DNA from: Azolla caroliniana
Taxonomy: Eukaryota > Plantae > Polypodiophyta
NCBI GenBank assembly: GCA_043228905.1
Contig: JBHGNT010000135.1
Span: 1 to 64,000, forward strand
Direction: 5' to 3'
Length of the DNA stretch: 64,000 bases
The notes below the pieces were generated by a model, which did no database searches, was not told where the DNA came from, and saw nothing but the letters and a program-made list of their open reading frames with translations. Each line of letters begins with the position of its first letter. Position 1 is the first letter of the stretch. This document shows, one piece after another, positions 61,457-64,000 of this stretch. Position numbers and translations under genes: made by a program.

Positions 61457-63781
61457 TAAGGGTTCATGAAACACCAATACGTTTATGTATAGGGTAATAA
61501 CATCTCTAAGTTCACTTCAAAAGAGTTGGAAATATGTTTGAAAGCACATTTTTACGAAGTTTCATCATTAATAATAGAAATACCATAAATGATTCTATTT
61601 CTTAAAAGAAAATAGATTGTGGGCATAGAGAGGCTTGTGGGCTGTGTTGAAGACTAAAAAAAAATCTCGTATTAACTTCCTAAAATGCACGAGAAAGTAG
61701 AGGTTTTAAATGGGCAACATATCTTGTTGTGGCAACATATCATGACTCGGGCGAGATACATGGGCTCATGCTTCATACATTGGATTACATTCAATGCACT
61801 AATTACAAACTACATCATCAAGCTAACTAGTTGCACGCACACTCATACATGTTAAGAACCCATCCATGTGTCAACAATCAAGCCTTGTTTTTGTATGATA
61901 GCTTGCATTCTCTTTAATGTGAGAAGAGACATTAGGTCATTAACAAACTGACTTGTAAACTATTCATATATTTTACAAAACAAGCTCACAAGTGAAAGTA
62001 TCACACTTAAACTCTAACATGTTAGATTTTATCACATTCAACGTTGCTTTTCCTGCATTTTTCAATTTTGACCTTTCCTTACATTTCCCTCAAGTACAAT
62101 GTGTACTCTTAATTGCAACATTTGCATTTGTTAGAAAAAATCTAGAACTTGGACAAGTCTCTTTGTTAAAATCTTTCACATTAGTTTCATAGGTTACATT
62201 TAACCTGTAAGAACAACAATAAAATGTCTCTCACTATAAGAGAGGTTGACCAAAATTAGAAAGAATTAAAACATTGTTTATTTCCCAAATTTGACTTAAA
62301 CCCCAATGCAATTGTCCAAATCCACTTCCATACTACAAATGTTTAGGTTAGAGATGTCAATGAAATCAAATAAAGTTCTGTAATATTTGATTATGCATCA
62401 ACCAAGGGCAAAACGTTCAGCACACAGTCCTATGCTACACAAGGCAATGGGTCCTCATCAATCCACCTACTTGAATGCAAGATATTCCAAAGCTTCAGTA
62501 GTTCATGTTGACGCAATTCTTGGTGCATAATGGGCTGACATACAACAGATCAATATGCTAGAATTTTTTTATAACTTCCTAGGACCACTTGTAACAGACT
62601 ATCGCATATCCAGCTATATATGATCAAATATTTGTAAGCCAAAGACTCATTTTTTATTATTAAGCCTACACTTTGTTTGCTCAAGGATATATTCAATTTA
62701 TTTACTATCACATCATAACAAAGCAATCTCACTGATTTTGCTGGCACATTTCTTGACTATAATAATCCTATACCTAAACCCAAAATCCTACACCTGGCGC
62801 TTGAATCTCTAGCAAGGCCACCTAAAACATGTGATTGTGATATTCTTAGGCTGACCATAAGTTAAAGATTTCTTTAACAGAGTTGCTTTACATCATGGCC
62901 CAAGCCATCTTCGAAGGAACGGCATGATAACGATCGTATCATGTCTCTGTTCAATTCAAAATCATGGAAAGGTCTTTCAAAATCTCTGTTAGTGTATATC
63001 TGTCCAAATCAACATTGAGGCATGAGGGTCTCTGCAAAGACACTCCAACTTACCTGTAGTGGGTGTCTATTTGGTTCAACAGACATGGGTATAAAATTGG
63101 CAACTTTAGGGCATTAACATAAATTGAGAGGAAATTTTTATTCACTCAATTATATCACATAATAGGCAGAAGCACACAACAGACCACGGTGCACAGAAGC
63201 ATAAAATAGACAAAGCTCATGAAATCAAAACTGAATCCTTTTTATTTGAATAAAAATCAATTTAGCATCAAGAAAACATACATGGAGTAGGGTAAAGAAG
63301 CTATTCGTGTACATTCTTCTAGATTTCAAGTTTCAATGCCTACAAAAAATGAACACAAGTAACTTTTGAATCTTATTGACCCAACCTCAACATTTGGTAA
63401 AACTACAACATGTGTGAGGATAAGAAACATCCTCTGTACAAACAGTGTCTGACTTGTAAACACCAGCAGAATAAATACAAAAACTGACATAGTATGTGGT
63501 AGACTGAAATGAGCATTCTAGACAGGAGGAATAAATGCTTATAGAGGGAAATTTGTATAAATGATATCTATACCTCAAATGCTGTTTATTTAAGCATCGT
63601 ACATTCTGGTACAAGTTCTGGAATTTTTTATGAATTTCTGTGCTACAAGAAGCTCTGTACTCGAGTTCTCACAGCTCCTGTACACTCACCAAAGAAATAA
63701 TTTTTACTACACCTCTGGAAAATAAACCTACGTAATAGCACTGTAATTCAGATCAATGCAGTGGGGAAACCATTGGAAAGG

Positions 63782-63883
63782 TTATCTGCCAATGCTCCAT
63801 CCATGCTCTGCAATAGCTTGTCGAACTCGGGATGCTGCATCTAAATTGTCGCTGAGAGGTGGATAGCTCCAGCTATCTCCCAT
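63782..63883 (-). CDS. Probable last coding exon of an unidentified gene extending beyond the window
   Basis: Pyrimidine-rich acceptor TTTTCTGCTTTTTGCAG| followed by GC-richer MGDSWSYPPLSDNLDAASRVRQAIAEHGWSIGR*. The other two frames stop sooner. Confidence 0.5.
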   Translation of the reverse strand: MGDSWSYPPLSDNLDAASRVRQAIAEHGWSIGR

Positions 63884-64000
63884 CTGCAAAAAGCAGAAAA
63901 CAAAATACTGTAACAAATCCTTTTTTTATATACATTATTGCATATTTTAAAAATCATGATATAACTAGAATTTTGGCAAAAGCATGACATGAATAGAAAA

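Noticed and set aside
60129-61482. TACTGGTGTTT / AAACACCAATA flanking the L1 copy as a TSD
   Set aside because: Inverted rather than direct, and imperfect; probably chance.

Overview
Eukaryotic, AT-rich, intron-containing land-plant nuclear DNA. The dense (TACA)n/(GA)n microsatellites and the transposon mix look fern-like, which is an inference. Five complete spliced genes can be rebuilt with phase-consistent GT-AG junctions: an LRR-III atypical receptor kinase (-), an RZ-1-type glycine-rich RRM/CCHC RNA-binding protein (-), a fasciclin-domain protein with an unusual N-terminus (+), RNA polymerase II subunit RPB3 (+) and a group-6-like remorin (+). A probable terminal exon of an unidentified gene sits at the right edge. 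Intergenic and intronic space holds a solo-LTR-like element, 3'-end fragments of several LINE families (some with exact TSDs), three hAT-type MITEs with 8-bp TSDs, a Mutator-type MITE with a 9-bp TSD, a PPR (PLS-E) pseudogene relic and many 100-360 bp local tandem duplications. I found no prokaryote-type system such as CRISPR or operons, and nothing I can claim is a wholly new system. The most notable items are the FAS1 protein topology, a decoy copy of the RPB3 exon-2 acceptor, a three-layer transposon nest and 3'-terminal motifs shared across LINE families.
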